A stretch of DNA of 64,000 bases from the human T2T-CHM13v2.0 reference genome, Homo sapiens (GCF_009914755.1 NC_060944.1), one strand, 5' to 3'. Shown: positions 39,974 through 53,669, numbered from the stretch's first letter. The notes: generated by a model not told the origin, from the sequence alone. Translations and numbers: made by a program.

Positions 39974-41075
39974 CAACTGAATGGCAAACCCCAATTCAAC
40001 AAGCCCTCTATCAAAAGATCCCCTGAGAAATTGTTAGCATAGTATTTGGAGAAATTAGACCATGCTAATATCTATTTTAAAACTTCAGTTGCTCCTGTTT
40101 TCTGTAAGGTGAAACTGAGACCATTGGAAGGAGCTGCAATGTCTGTTTTTCACAATGCAACCCTAGTCTACTCCTCTGGTTTATGTCCTTTCCTTCTCTC
40201 TCCTATAAGACCTCTTTATGATGCGGACACAGTGATATTATAGTCCTTACCCAAGAATGCTATGCCTTTTTCCATCAGCTTACCTTTGCCCATTGAGAAG
40301 GCTGCCTGGAAACCCTTTCTCCCGTTTGCTTTGGGAAATACCTATTCTTCGAGACCCAAATTTTGTGGGTCTTGCCTCTCTGCACCAAGAACAACTCATG
40401 CCAGCATTTTAACAGTCTTCATTATTTTATGCTGCAAATTTGTGTTTGTGTGTCTGTCTCTCCCACTAGAGTAAGATCACATTCAAGGATAATAATCCTG
40501 TCTTATTATTTTGGAAAAATTGTCTCTACAAGACCTGTTTGAAGGTATCAGATTGATTATCACGTGTTCATGCCCAGAAATACATGAATAGAAATTAGTT
40601 TGTACCATGAGTCACACACTTGGAAATAAAATACAAGATAGTTAAATATCAAGTAGAAAAGTGAAAAGAACTTTAAATTTGTCCAAAGGATATCAAATAT
40701 AATTGCCATGGTAGATCAAGAGCTGTGAAAGAGCCCTGGATGTCTTATAAAGACTGGGAGGTGAGGATAACAAATAATAGCTACCACTTAATTAAGAAAA
40801 GCATGATGATAGCTACCCAAGTAAGTGATTTTGCAGATATTGCCTAGTTCAATGCTTACAACAACACAATGAAGTAAGAACTAATATCTCTGTTTATGAA
40901 GTAAAAGATGAAGACTCACAGAGTCAACTTTTAATGCCACACAACAATTAGGGTGTTGGTACTTGGCTTTAAACTCATATCAGACATGAAATGCCATTTT
41001 CTTCAGCACTACGCAATAATGTCTCCCTAGATAAATCAAGATGGCTTCAGAAACATGCCCCTTGGATGGACCTTT

Positions 41076-41510
41076 GTATTAGTTATCAATTGTTGTGTAA
41101 TGAATTACATCATAGCATAGTGTCTTAAAATAAGAGATATTTATTATCTCACAATTTCTATTTGGAAGCTATCTGAGTGCAGCTTAATTGAGAGCCTCTG
41201 CCTCAAGGTCTCTTATGAGGTTGCAGTCATGCCAGGTCTTGGGCTGTGGTCTCATCTCAAGTCTTGACTGGGCAGAATCCACTCCTGAGCTCTCTCACAC
41301 GACCAGTGGCAGATTTCAGCTCCTCCCCAGCTGTTGGCCACAGACATCAGTTCTTTGTCACATGGACCTAATCTCAGACACGACATCCCATCACTTCTAT
41401 TTGCTAGAAGCGAGTCTTGAGGTTCAATTATACTCAAAGTGGGGGACTGCACAAGGACAGGAATCACGGGAGGCAGAGAATGTGCATGCTATTTTAGAGA
41501 CTGCTTCCCA
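41076..41510 (-). mobile_element. MLT1F-like LTR
   Basis: TGTATTAGTTATC...TTTATTATCTCACA...CTCAAGGTCTCTTATGAGGTTGCAGTCA...ATTTTAGAG. Confidence 0.75.
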
Positions 41511-41841
41511 TCCCTGAACCACTTGCTGTGCTCTGGAACAAATGGCAGAATGTTCAGGGGAGGGGATGGGAAAGTGAGGCTGTCATCAGCCTCTGAGGAC
41601 CTGAAGGGCATGAGCTGCCCACAGTCTGAGGAAGATTTCTCTTATTTACTAGCAACATTTGTAAAGCCTCCACATCACGAGGACTCTCAAAAGCTGACAA
41701 GGTGGAGATGCTCAACCTCATTTTCAAGTGTTCAAACTCAGGCTTAGAGATGCTGAGGTACATGATTCTGCTATCAAACACAGAAGGAACTCTCAGATGA
41801 AATGCTGCCTGGAGGTGTGATGACAGTCAAAGAGAGAAGAA

Positions 41842-42854
41842 TGTGATACTGTGATATAACAAGAAATATCTATTTGGTCTCTACCTCCAGTTGCTGAGAC
41901 AAAGCTGCTAAAACCCTTGTGGATATAGGTGCTAGGAGAATCTTGTCTTCTAATGTTTGGTCTTTGACACCAGTTTCTAAAACAGAGCTCCTAAGGCCTT
42001 TGTAATTTCCTGAGTTGTAGGAACATCTGATACAGAGCTCCTAAGTTCCTTGGGTGACAGAAGCATCTTTTGTTCTAATGGGGTGACTTTTCTTGGGTTC
42101 CTGGATAGCTCAGGATGGGGTTGGTTGCCAGGGGAACCAATCATGTGATTAGAGCATTGAAACTTTCAGGCTCACTCCTGACCTCTGGAAAGGATAGAGG
42201 GGCTAAAATTTGAGTTGATCATCAATGGTCAGTGATGTAATTAATCACGCCTACATAGTGAAGCTTCCATAGGAACCCCAAAAGACAGGGTTCAGAGAGC
42301 TCCCAAATTGCTGAGCATGTGGAAGTCCCTGGAGAGTGGCATGCCTAGGGAGGGCATGGAAGCTCCACATCCCTTCTCCCAGGCTTCACCCTATACACCT
42401 TTTCCACCTGGCTGTTCACCTGCATCCTTTGTAATAGCCTTTATAATACATGAATCAACAAAGTAAAATGTTTCCTTGAGTTCTCTGAGCCACTCTAACA
42501 AATTAATTGAACCCAAAAAGGGGTTATGGGAATGCCCAATTTTTTGGTTGGTCAGAAGCAAAGGCCATAACCTGTGGCTAGAGAGACTAGCATGTGAAGT
42601 GAGGGCAGTCTTGGAGACTGAGGTCTCAATCTGTGAGATCTGATGCTATCTCCAGGTAGACAGTGCCCAAATTGAATTTAACTGTGGGGAACCCAGCTAG
42701 TGTCTCTCAGAGAACTGTGTGGTGTGTAGGGAAATATCTACACACATTTTGTTGACAAGGGGTGAAGTGTTCTGTGCTGCATTGAGTGTGTGAGAGTAGG
42801 AAAAAGTTTGTTTTTTCCTATTACTTACACTTTGTTTTTTTCCTATCTCAAACA
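41842..42854 (+). mobile_element. MER21A-like LTR
   Basis: TGTGATACTGTGATATAACAAGAAATATCTATTTGGTC...CAGAGCTCCTAAG...TGATGCTATCTCCAGGTAGACAGTG; near-TSD AAGAA/AGGAA. Confidence 0.87.
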
Positions 42855-44666
42855 AGGAAGAAGGACAGAGGGTTCCTATGCTGGGGGAAGGTAGTGTATG
42901 ACCATGCCTGACCTCCCAGCTTCTTCCGCTGTGCTGTATTCCTCACTTGGCATGTATCTGCAAGTTGTTTGGAGTGACCTTTCTCAAGATTTGTGTGCAT
43001 CAAGACCGGGGTCTTTACAGTATTTCAACATTTGGATTCTCTCTATTTTCGTTACAAGAAGCAAAGCCCCACCTGCGACACACTGGCCTCAACTTTGTTA
43101 GATAATCAATAGTACACTAATGCAATGGATTAGAAATATGTGGCAAAGGACTGGTGCACAAACTTTTTGTTAATGAAGCATGACTGACTTTGTGGCTACC
43201 TGAAAATGTCCTTGGGCCAGCTTTCTCCCACGTCCATATTTTCATATTGGGTTCCCCTATAAGTGGTCATTTTAGACCTCTGTTAGCCCTCCCGCTAGAA
43301 AATAACCATTGTTGTCAGTTCTGGGTCTAGAGTGTTCCCAAGTCTGTTCACTTTCTAACCAGTTGGTCTGAAATATTTAGTTTGAAATAAGAAGGGGAAT
43401 AATGTATCATTGGGATAAATCAGGTATGGGAGAACTTATCAAAGTTCAATAAACATAAAAGTGATGAATTTTGAAGTCACACAATTAACTCAGGATTACA
43501 TGTGCAATAACTGAGTAATTACACCTTTAATAATGCATTGAACTTGTCAAGAATACTTACTCATTCTGCTCAAATTTTTTTTAACAAGATAGCCTATAGC
43601 AAGTGACTGTAATTAGATATTGCCTCTGAAAACATCGACAGCTCCTAATTGATACCTTTTATTATAAAGCTAGATGCCAAACATTTGCTGTTGAGTTGAT
43701 TAAGGAATAATATTAGATGTGTTGAGATCATAATACCTACTTGCAGAAATCTCATGTAAGTAGAAAAAAAAAATCCAGTTCGACCCATCAATCACCCAGG
43801 TAAAGTTGGTTCAAGTTTGCACTGGTTTGCTTTAAATTACAGCCTGACAGCGATTGCTATTGCCAGGGCTGTCAGGAAAAGAAACTAGGGGCAGAAGCAG
43901 GTGGGAATGGAGATGGGGTCCCAAACTGCTTCCTTTTTTCCACGTGGATGGTCAGGAGAGATGGCACTGGGAGATCGCAGATGGCAAAATGTCTCCATGT
44001 GGCGAGGGGAAGGAGAGACTATATTTGCTCTTGTCTTTTGACGAAAGATTATTTTTTTCCACATCAAGGTTGATATTAAGGACTTTTTTTTGTTGTTCTT
44101 TTGTATTTTCTCAACAGCTGTTTGAGACAGGGCTCTAACATTCATAAAGATAAAAGAGAGAAGCTGTGGTTTAGGAGTGTCGGGGAGTTTCCCCAGCCTC
44201 AGCCCCATCTCCAGGGTTTCTTCTCTGTATAGTTTCCTCTAAATCCAGAGTTCCTATTACAGGGAAGCCTTGGGAACATTTTAGAAGGAGGCAGATGTTT
44301 TCATAGGCATTAGGGAGCAGGTGAACAACCTCCAGATAGCAATCACCTCACGGCCCATGAGAGGCAGGTTTCAGGTAGTGAAGAGCTTGAGCTCTGCCCT
44401 GTTTGGATCCTTCTCTTCCAGGGTTACCTACCATGGGATCTGAAGCAGGTAAGTTGAGTTGATCACCAATGGCCAATGTCTTTATCTGTAAAATTATCCT
44501 TACAGTCCAGACCCTGCTGATGCAGTGCCAGGGCATGGGTACAGATAGTGACCCTCATACCAATGACTACATATTTAAAAGCTATATATCAAGCCAGCAA
44601 ACTGTGGAATCAAACATTTTCTATCCTCCTACTTTGACAGAAACACCTTCAAAAAGAAAATGTGTA

Positions 44667-45070
<404 letters not shown>

Positions 45071-46134
45071 TTACTGCATGGTTCTGGATGTGCTATTAGT
45101 AAACAGAGATACTGGGTTAGTCATAAAATAAAGATGCATATTATTTACAAATTATTTTGTATTTATTCCATAAAAATTATTTATTCCTTTGAGTTCTCAG
45201 CAAAATCACTATGTTACTATAATCAAGATTTTCACAGAATTTTGTTCTATTGGCAATAATGACCTGAACAATTATAACATAAAATGTGATTTATTCAAAA
45301 TGTGTATATATTTTATATATTTATATTTTACATCCATAAAAATGCAAACTAAGTCAACGTTGGAAATGTTAAAATAATTTTAAAATGTAAATGTAAAAAC
45401 TAAAACATATATTTTAAGTGTTCTCAGAAAAGTCAGTATTCTACAATATTGAAAAATACTAAAAGCAAAAGGAAAAATCGATTACTTAAATAGGCAACAC
45501 AAAATGGAAAGTGTCATTTAATAACATTAAATAAAATGACATTTTAATGTATTTATGATTTAATTAAGATTTTGTAGAAAAATTCAAACAAAGCCACAAC
45601 TCTAGGATTCAATATTCATCTAGTTGTCGGTGTAAAAATGTGGTATCATGCTTCATGCATGTTATGTCTAGACTCACATATATTCAAATTTCAAAGTTCT
45701 ATGAATTGCTTAACATTGCAAAATATTCCATGGCTGTTCTGAGGGGCTGTTGTGAATGCTGGACTGATTTGTGAATAACTCGAGACTCAACATTGGAACA
45801 CAAAAAGAAGCAAGAAAATGGTTGCAGGAAATGAGACTTCGTTACAGAAGAATCTTTTGCATTCATGCAGAGAGGAAAGATTTGACAAGCTAACAGATTT
45901 CTCTTTTGTCTCCTCTCAAATCCTCCTCAATCCCAGAGCAGTGTCCATTTCTGAAGACAGCAGCACAACTCACAGACCTCATGACATTTAAATACAGTCT
46001 CCTTTGGTTTCAAGGTCACCCACTGGGCAAGAGGGGTGACGAGTATTTCCCTGGGATTTTAATCTTGTTAGTCGTAGGGGTGGCTTTGTAGGACACTGGC
46101 TCCCGCGTAACAAAGACATTGTGAGGTATATAAC

Positions 46135-47152
46135 TTTTTTTAAAAAACTTTATTTTAGAACAGCTTCAGGTTTACAGAATTACGAAGATATACTTTTTGA
46201 AGATACAAAAGTGCTATATGTTTCCATACACCCATTTTCCCCTTTTATTAGCATCTTACATTAGTATGACACATTTATTAGAAAGAACCCATATTGTTAT
46301 TATTAACTGAAGTCCATATTTTACTCAGATTTTCTTCGTTTTCCCCAAATATCCTATGTCAATTCCAGGATCCTATCCAGAATACCACATGGAATTTAGT
46401 TGTCAGGTCTCCTTAGAATCCTCTTGGATGTGACAGTTTCTCAGACTTGTTTTGTTTTTGATGGCCTAGACAGTTTTAGATTACTGGCTAGGTATTTTGC
46501 AGAATGTCCTTCAATTGGGATTTGTCTAATGTTTTTCTCATAATTAGCTATTGGTTTTTCGGAGGAAGACCACAGATGGCATTCGCATCACATCATATCA
46601 TCAAAAGACGTGTCACTCTTGATATTGACCTTGATCACCTGGCTGAGTTAGTATTTGTCAAGTTACCTCACTGTAAAGTTATGTGTTTTTTCTTCCTTTC
46701 CACATCATTCTCTTTGGAAGGGAGTCACTATCTACAGCCCACGCTTAAAGACTGAGGAGTTTTCCTCTACCGCCTTAAAGGCACAGTATCTACATACATT
46801 ATTTGTAGTTCTTCTGCATGGGAAATTTGTCTCTTTCTTTCCACTTATTTATTAAATAATTCATTTATATCAGTATGGACTCATGAATATTTATTTTATA
46901 CTTTAGATTATAATCCAATATGACTTTGAAACATTCTATTGCTCAAGTTGTTTTAGCTTTGGCCACTGTGAGTCCTTTCAGCTGGGTCCTGTGTCCCTTA
47001 GACATACCCCCATAATTGTGTTGTTTTTCTTTTAATCTCGTTTGAGGACTGTCTTACTTTTCAGCACTACATGATGCTACAGGCTTATCTCATGTATTTT
47101 TTTTTTTTTTTTTTGCTCCTGTCCTAGAATCAGCCATTTTTCCAAGGAGCCC
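46135..47152 (-). mobile_element. L1MD/L1MC-like 3' UTR
   Basis: TTTATTTTAGAACAG...CCAGGATCCTATCCAG...TTTAGTTGTCAGGTCTCCTTAG...AGAATCAGCCATTTTTCCAAGGAGCCC. Confidence 0.85.
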
Positions 47153-47653
47153 CACCATGAGGTTTCAATAAATATATTGTTACCTGTATGCTCACAAAAT
47201 GCAAGTTCCAGGCCCAGGAGATGGACCTCTCTTTTCCAGGTCCAAGAGTAATGCAGGTTACACTCTTTACATCATGGAGTTGAAGGAACAGTTAAAAGAG
47301 TTCACGTGAACAAAGTGCTTGGAATAGTTCCTGGCACATAGTAAAAGCCCAATAAATGTTGACTATGATTATAGCTGCGTGCAATAGAAACTTTCTCATG
47401 TCTCACCAGTGAATGCTGCCTGTTAGCAGCAACCATGGCAGTAGAAGTAGGAGCCAATATTTGAGTTATACTCTACCATGCAGAACCATCCAGAGATTAC
47501 TCACATCCAGAGATGATTTCTATGGTTTATTCTCTGGAGCAAATCTTTTTAGTTATTGACCCATATGGGTTTCCCTGTAAGTAAAGACAAGTCATCTGTT
47601 ACCTATCTCACCTGGGATGAGTTGCCCAGTGGCAACTCAGGATGAGAAGGATG

Positions 47654-47995
47654 TTCTCATCCTGCTATGAAGAAATATCCAAGACTGGGTAATTTATAAA
47701 GAAAAGAGGTTTAATTGACCCACAGTTCCGCATAGCTGAGGAGACCTCAGGGAACTTACAATCATGGCAGAAGGCACCTCTTCACAGAGTAGCGGGAGAG
47801 AGAAATGAGTGCCCAGCGAAGGGGGAAGCCCAGTATAAAACCATCAGATCTGGTGAGAACTCACTATCACTAGAACAGTATGGAGGAAACAACCCCTGTG
47901 GTTCAGTTATCTCCACATGGTTTTGCCCTTGACACACAGAGATTATTACAGTTCAAGGTAAGATTTGGGTGCGGACACAGAGCCAAACCTCATCA
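47654..47995 (-). mobile_element. THE1D-like LTR lacking its terminal ~12 bp
   Basis: CTGCTATGAAGAAATATCCAAGACTGGGTAATTTATAAAG...GAGCCAAACCTCATCA; the expected TGTATTAGTC end is absent. Confidence 0.9.
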
Positions 47996-48569
47996 GCCAG
48001 TGTCTTTTATTTGAACTCTTTTTTTTATATGTAAATGTCTTATGTAGTGTCATATTCTACTTGCACTTTCTTGTTTTCCTTGCCTCTACTCTGTACACTC
48101 TAGTCTTTTGGTGGCTTGATGCTGAAGTGGCTCCCTTACCTCTGCTCAACCTGATTTCTGGCTCTAAGAACTCCCCCTCTCTAGGAAGGGGAAAACTTTC
48201 TGTTGGAAGTTGAGGCAAAACACTCCAGGAGGGGACAGCTCCCTGGGGCTGTACAGAGTGACCATGTATCCAAGGCTTGCTGGAGCCAGTTGAAGTCCTA
48301 CCTCGGTACTTTTACATTTAACATCTTACTGCTTAAGTATCATTTACCAAAAAAAAAAAACATATATATATATATATATGCCACTGTTGGAATGTAAATA
48401 TTTTGGAGGAATTTCAGTCAGTTGGGTAAATAAGATAAATGCATGAAACTATAATAAAGCATTCTACAGTAGCTGTCACATTACTGTTGAGGAGGAGAAG
48501 TTCTGTAGGAGATTGGTAAGGAGAAAAAAAAGGAGAAAGACGTTACACATTTCCTGGGTAGAGCTACAG

Positions 48570-48800
48570 AGCTGCTAAGGGTGTGGACGCTGGAACCAGA
48601 TGGTCTGGGCTCAAATACTAGCTCTGCCACTTGTAAGTCATGTGACCTTAGACAAGTCATTTAACCTCTTTTTGCTTCACTTCCCTCATTTGGGGATATT
48701 TTATACCTCCTTCAGAGGTTTGTTTTGAGGATAAAATGAGTCAATATGCACAAAGCACAGAGAATAGGGATTGGCACATATTCAGAGCTATGTAAAGTTT
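48570..48800 (+). mobile_element. MIR SINE
   Basis: CTAGCTCTGCCACTT...TGTGACCTTAGACAAGTCATTTAACCTCT. Confidence 0.8.
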
Positions 48801-49139
48801 ATGCTATTTTTACTAGGTGTCACATGCACCATGCAAGGGACTTCATGGGATATTTCATTTTGCCTTTTATGCAACCCTGACAGGGCTACTTGACCTAACT
48901 TTTAAAGACAAACTCAGAGAAAGAGAGGCTGAGGATCAAGGATGCTTATGTATTGGTAGGAGTGAACTTGGCATATACGAAGCCAAGGAGTCCCATTTAG
49001 GTAGGGAGAAGGATAGTATTAGGTAGCTAGGAACAGTTCCTAGAACCTGCTGAGGTTTGGTGGTTACACTCTGTACATCATGGAGTTGAAGGGACAGTTA
49101 AAAAAGTTTGAGAGTAAACATAGATCCCAAATAATGGGA

Positions 49140-49285
49140 TGCAGTGACTAGATTGCCTGGGGCTGCAATCCACCTCTTCCACCTACTGTGTGACCTTGGG
49201 CATACGGCTTAAGTACTTTGGAACCTCAATTTCCTCATCTGTAAAATGGAGATAACCAGTTCTACCTCCTGGGGATAGTATGTGT
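49140..49285 (+). mobile_element. MIR SINE
   Basis: CTGTGTGACCTTGGGCA...CCTCAATTTCCTCATCTGTAAAATGGAGATAA. Confidence 0.8.
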
Positions 49286-50086
49286 TTATACGCACTTATC
49301 TGTAGAAAGTATTTATCTTTATACATGTAAAACCATTTTTACATGTATATCTTTTTTACATGTAAGTGGCATTTATCTATTTATTCCATGTTTTTTCTAT
49401 TCTGTGGTTCTGTTATTTTTAGCATCCAACGTCAATATAATAGCAGGTCTTTAGAGGCCAAGGAAATACTGCCACTTTCAATGTAAATGTTAAATATAAA
49501 ATGAATCCTTGTTACAGAAAGGATAAAATATAAAATGAACATCTGTCTCAGAAGAGAGAAATGGAGCAGTAGAATCTCATTAAGCATCTCCCCCTCTCTC
49601 CTCCACCTCTTCTGCTAAACTCTCCTTCTAAATGACAGACCCACTTCTTGGGACTTAACCCACAGCCCTGGGCTTCCCCAAACTCTGCCTGTGGTGACGC
49701 CCAAGGCAAGGCCTGAAGGAGCGTGTGGAGCTAAGAAGTGGACTTGTAGCTCAAAGGAGGTAGAAATTGCAGTAGGGGGTATACAAATTCTTCAGCTTTA
49801 AAGAACTTCAGAGTTAGACATCATTAAATCATTAAAAGGGCACCTAAGGGGAGTTAATATGCAGAAAAGTAGAGCTAATTTGAGCTCTCAAGTGACTAAC
49901 TCAGAATTGCCCACTTAAACTCTGAACCCTTTAATTCATATGAGTACATTATAGATTCCAAAGAAGACTTTTTTCCCCTCCTTCAAACTTTGGCCTTCCC
50001 TATAGGCAGGGCAGAGGGTGGGGGTAGCTTTCGTAGAGTGGAGCTCACCACCCAGAAACTCTGCGGTATAAATATGCAGGCAAGGG

Positions 50087-50091
50087 TTTTT

Positions 50092-50130
<39 letters not shown>
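50087..50130. repeat. Poly-T tract (T5 G T38)
   Basis: Read directly. Confidence 0.95.
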
Positions 50131-50131
<1 letters not shown>

Positions 50132-50232
50132 GCTGAGAGTAACAATTAATAGCTACTGCCTGGAGCTCCTCACTAAGGCACAGATTTTAGTAGACTTCAA
50201 TCCTGCCAGGACATCCTGAGATAAGATTAGAT

Positions 50233-50440
50233 CAGTGGTTTTCAACAGAGGATGATTTTATCCCCCTGCGCCACTCCAGGAGACATTTGGTAAAGTTTGA
50301 AGACAGTTTTAGTTGTCTTGGCTTGGGAGGCAACAGTGCTACTGGCATCTGGTAGGTGGAGTCCTAGAATGCACAAGACAATCCCCAAAAGAGGATTATC
50401 TAGCCTCAAATGTCCATAGTACTGGGACTGAGAAACCCTG
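50233..50440 (+). mobile_element. MER20 hAT-Charlie element
   Basis: CAGTGGTTTTCAAC...GACATTTGG...TGCTACTGGCATCT...CAAATGTC...TGAGAAACCCTG. Confidence 0.88.
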
Positions 50441-50460
50441 GGTAAGACCAGCAGAAGGTA

Positions 50461-50548
50461 TTAGGTTGGTGCGAAAGAAACTGCAGTTTTCGCAATTACT
50501 TTCAATGGCAAAAACCACGATAACTTTTGCACGAACCTACCAACCTAA
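50461..50548. mobile_element. MADE1 (Hsmar1-derived MITE)
   Basis: TTAGGTTGGTGC...TTTTGCAC...CCAACCTAA terminal inverted repeats; TA TSD on both sides. Confidence 0.92.
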
Positions 50549-51609
50549 TAATTTCTCATCAGGCCACTCTTCCTGAATGCAGAGAGCTACTGACATCCTC
50601 CGCGCCCTCTGCTTCCAATTTCTAGCTCTGACAAATGTGGATAAATATATCTGGATTTTGAACTCAGAATATCTTGCCTTGAAATTCAGTCACTTTATAT
50701 TTCTAAGCCTCAGTTTTCTCATCTGTAAAATGGGGATTACAACAGTCATCTTTGGGTTGTTGTATAGAATTTAGTCTTTATGCAGTAAGCACTCAATACA
50801 TGCTAACTGTTATTACTGTCCCAGGATTGAAGCATCCTTGTTTAGGAAAACTTCACTTCCCAAAGGGACATAAAACTTCTTCCAGGTCATGAACTTCTGA
50901 ATCCTAGGCTCCTTTTGCCATTGCTGATCCTGCCACTTTTCCTCAGGCCTCATTTTCTTCCAAATGCAATTGTTGCAATAGGGCTAGATGGCCAACTTCC
51001 CCCATTTTAATCAGAATCTCTGCCAGAATGAACTATTGAAAGTGACAGTCTAAACGGGTTATTCTCATGCCAAGTCTTGCCACAGCGCCCACTGCCTACA
51101 AAATAAAATTTGTTTCTTATCATGCCCTCAAGGTCTAACTCTTACCCTAAACTCTTAATATTTGCTGGGCTCCACCTTCAACTATTCTCACCATATGCTG
51201 TTTCTCTAATATATTGGTCCATGTCTTCCTTCTAAGCTTCTGTTTTTGACATTGCCTCTCTCTCTTGAGTGCCCACCCCTTCTTAAGTTGTCCTATCAAA
51301 TATTTATTTCCCAAGATTCAGGCGAAGACACAGCTAGGAAACTATCACTAAAGCCCAAGGGGGGTCTAGGCTTCATTTACTTGCATACCCACGGCACAGA
51401 GGGCATGCTTTAGTTCACCAAATTCCTTGCAGTGTTGGACTTTTGGGAAATTGTCTGTTTCACTCATTGTTTGTTTCAGAAACATACTCTCCTGGAAATA
51501 AAACATTGGTATCAGACTTTTCTATCCCTCTAATTTTGTCAGGAGTCCGTTACAGCTACAAAACTTCCTAAATCTCCAGCTTTATTTTCCTGGGGTTAAG
51601 AAATAAAAC

Positions 51610-51790
51610 CCCACTCTGTTCCTTCTTAGCTCTATGACCCTGAGTGAGCTATTTAACCTCTCTTAGCTTGTTTTCTTTTTTTAAATCTGTAAAATTGGAC
51701 TAATAGTCTCATTGGTATCTTTGTGCATATTAAATGAGAAATTTACATAAAGTACTCAGCACAATGCCTGGCACTAGTGCTCACTGACAA
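51610..51790 (+). mobile_element. MIR SINE
   Basis: TTAGCTCTATGACC...TTTAACCTCTCT...CTGTAAAAT...CACAATGCCTGGCAC. Confidence 0.78.
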
Positions 51791-53669
51791 CTATTTTTCA
51801 AATGGTAGTCCCTTCAGCCTTGAAGGGAGAAAACAGAGAGTTTGAAGAGGTGAGCAGTAGACCAGGCATGTCCATGGGGTACAATTATTCACTTGGAAGA
51901 TAAAGGAAATCAGGAGGTGGAGATGAGACTCTTTAAAAAAAAAAAAAAAACAATTTTGCTATGGTTGAGTCATGCCAGGCTGGACTGCCATTGCCTGGGC
52001 TGGTTCTAGAGCATGTACACGTGTGTGTGCTCATGTATGCCTGTGTGCAGGCATGTGCGTGCATGAATGAGAGATGAGGGGCTCAGTATTGAGCAACACA
52101 GTTTAGGTTTAGAAACAGGATTCAGCCATGGGCTTCTGCTCTGACCATTGGGAAAAGATCTGAACCCTTCAAAGCCAGGATAAGGGTCTCTAAAGTAAGA
52201 AGGTGAACAATAAAACCCTGGAAGACCCAAAAGCAGTTGAGAAGCATTACAGCCCTTTTGTTGCAAGCCCCAGGAAACAGGGGAAAAATAAACCTGGTCT
52301 GACTTCACCACTCCTGAACCATAAAATGTTTACCTCGGGGGAGGGTAGGGACCCAAAGGAAGGAAGGTTTTCTGTTGTCAAGCTCTCTTCTAAGGATGTA
52401 TCCTGACCCTTGTCCTCAGGTCTCCTGGGCCTGAACACCCCAGGGCCTGGAGAATGCTAATGCAGTGAAGGGCTTAGCCATTCAGCTTCTGGGCTGAGGT
52501 CAGCTTCTGCTCAGCACTGAGTCCTGGGGAGCCTTCCTTCCTCTTTCTGTTCTCGAGGTCTCCATCACTGTAGGGAGGCCATGACTCTGTCATTCTGTGG
52601 ATCTGATTCTGGGTGATTCCATGTTGCCCCACAGGGTCTGGGTCAGAACCTACACCATGCTAGCCTTGTCAAGGCAGGGCCTCTCTTCCCTGGGGCTGTG
52701 TCTCTGGCTTCCTGCACTTCCTGTTCTCTAAGAGAGCCACACAAAGCCCAATGTTACCACCAGCTCCTGCCTCATCACTCTGCTTGTCTCCTGTGAACTT
52801 GTTCCTGGTTTGTTTCAGAAATGCGTCGATTTAATGTACTGCTTAAACTTACAGATATTGGGGTCAGATGTGCAGAGTTCCTAGTGGGATGTCCTTGGCA
52901 GAAAATTTAGCTTTTCAAAAGTTTAGTATCTTCAGCTATCAGGAGGGAATGATGACAGCCTTTCCCTTATAAAGCGGATGTTGTAATTAGAGGTGAGAAT
53001 GCAGGTGAAGTACTGAACTCGGTACGTGGCCCGCTGCAACTACTTGGAATGAATTGTTAAATGACAGTGTCTGGGTTTAGCCCTTTTCAGAATTGCTGTC
53101 ACTTTACACTTGAATGCCAGTTCACCTCTCGGGGTGTGGACTAAGCTGGAAGTGGTTCTGGGCAGCAGGAAGCCTGTTATAGCTCTATACGGCATGATTC
53201 TCTCGGCTTTAAGGAGATGGGACTTCCCTAACCCCTCCATGTCCATGTGGTCATTCTGCCAGCTTCCAGAGAACATTTATCTGAGTCCCTTGAAGTCCCA
53301 GGGAGCAGGTCATGCAGCAGGACGAGAAGACTGTGGCTGAGGACCTGGGACAGGCCCTGTTTCTGGCACCATGTCTGTGTTCCACATCTGAATGAGGCTG
53401 CTGGGGATGCTAGAACAGCAATCTGGAAAGCAGGGAGGGTTGGGGGCATCATACACAATGGAACTGGGATGGAAAGCAGGCCTGGGCCACACACAGGCTT
53501 AGAGAGTAGAATGGCCTGTGAGTCTCAGAGATTCAAGTAACAGGTGGGCCAGTTGGGTCAGTTTGGATCCTTGAAGAAACAGACATGAAGAAGAGACTAG
53601 ATACCTAAGAGATTTACTATGGTTTGGGGGTAGGGTAGGGAACATTTCTACAATATAAGAGGGGAGAAA

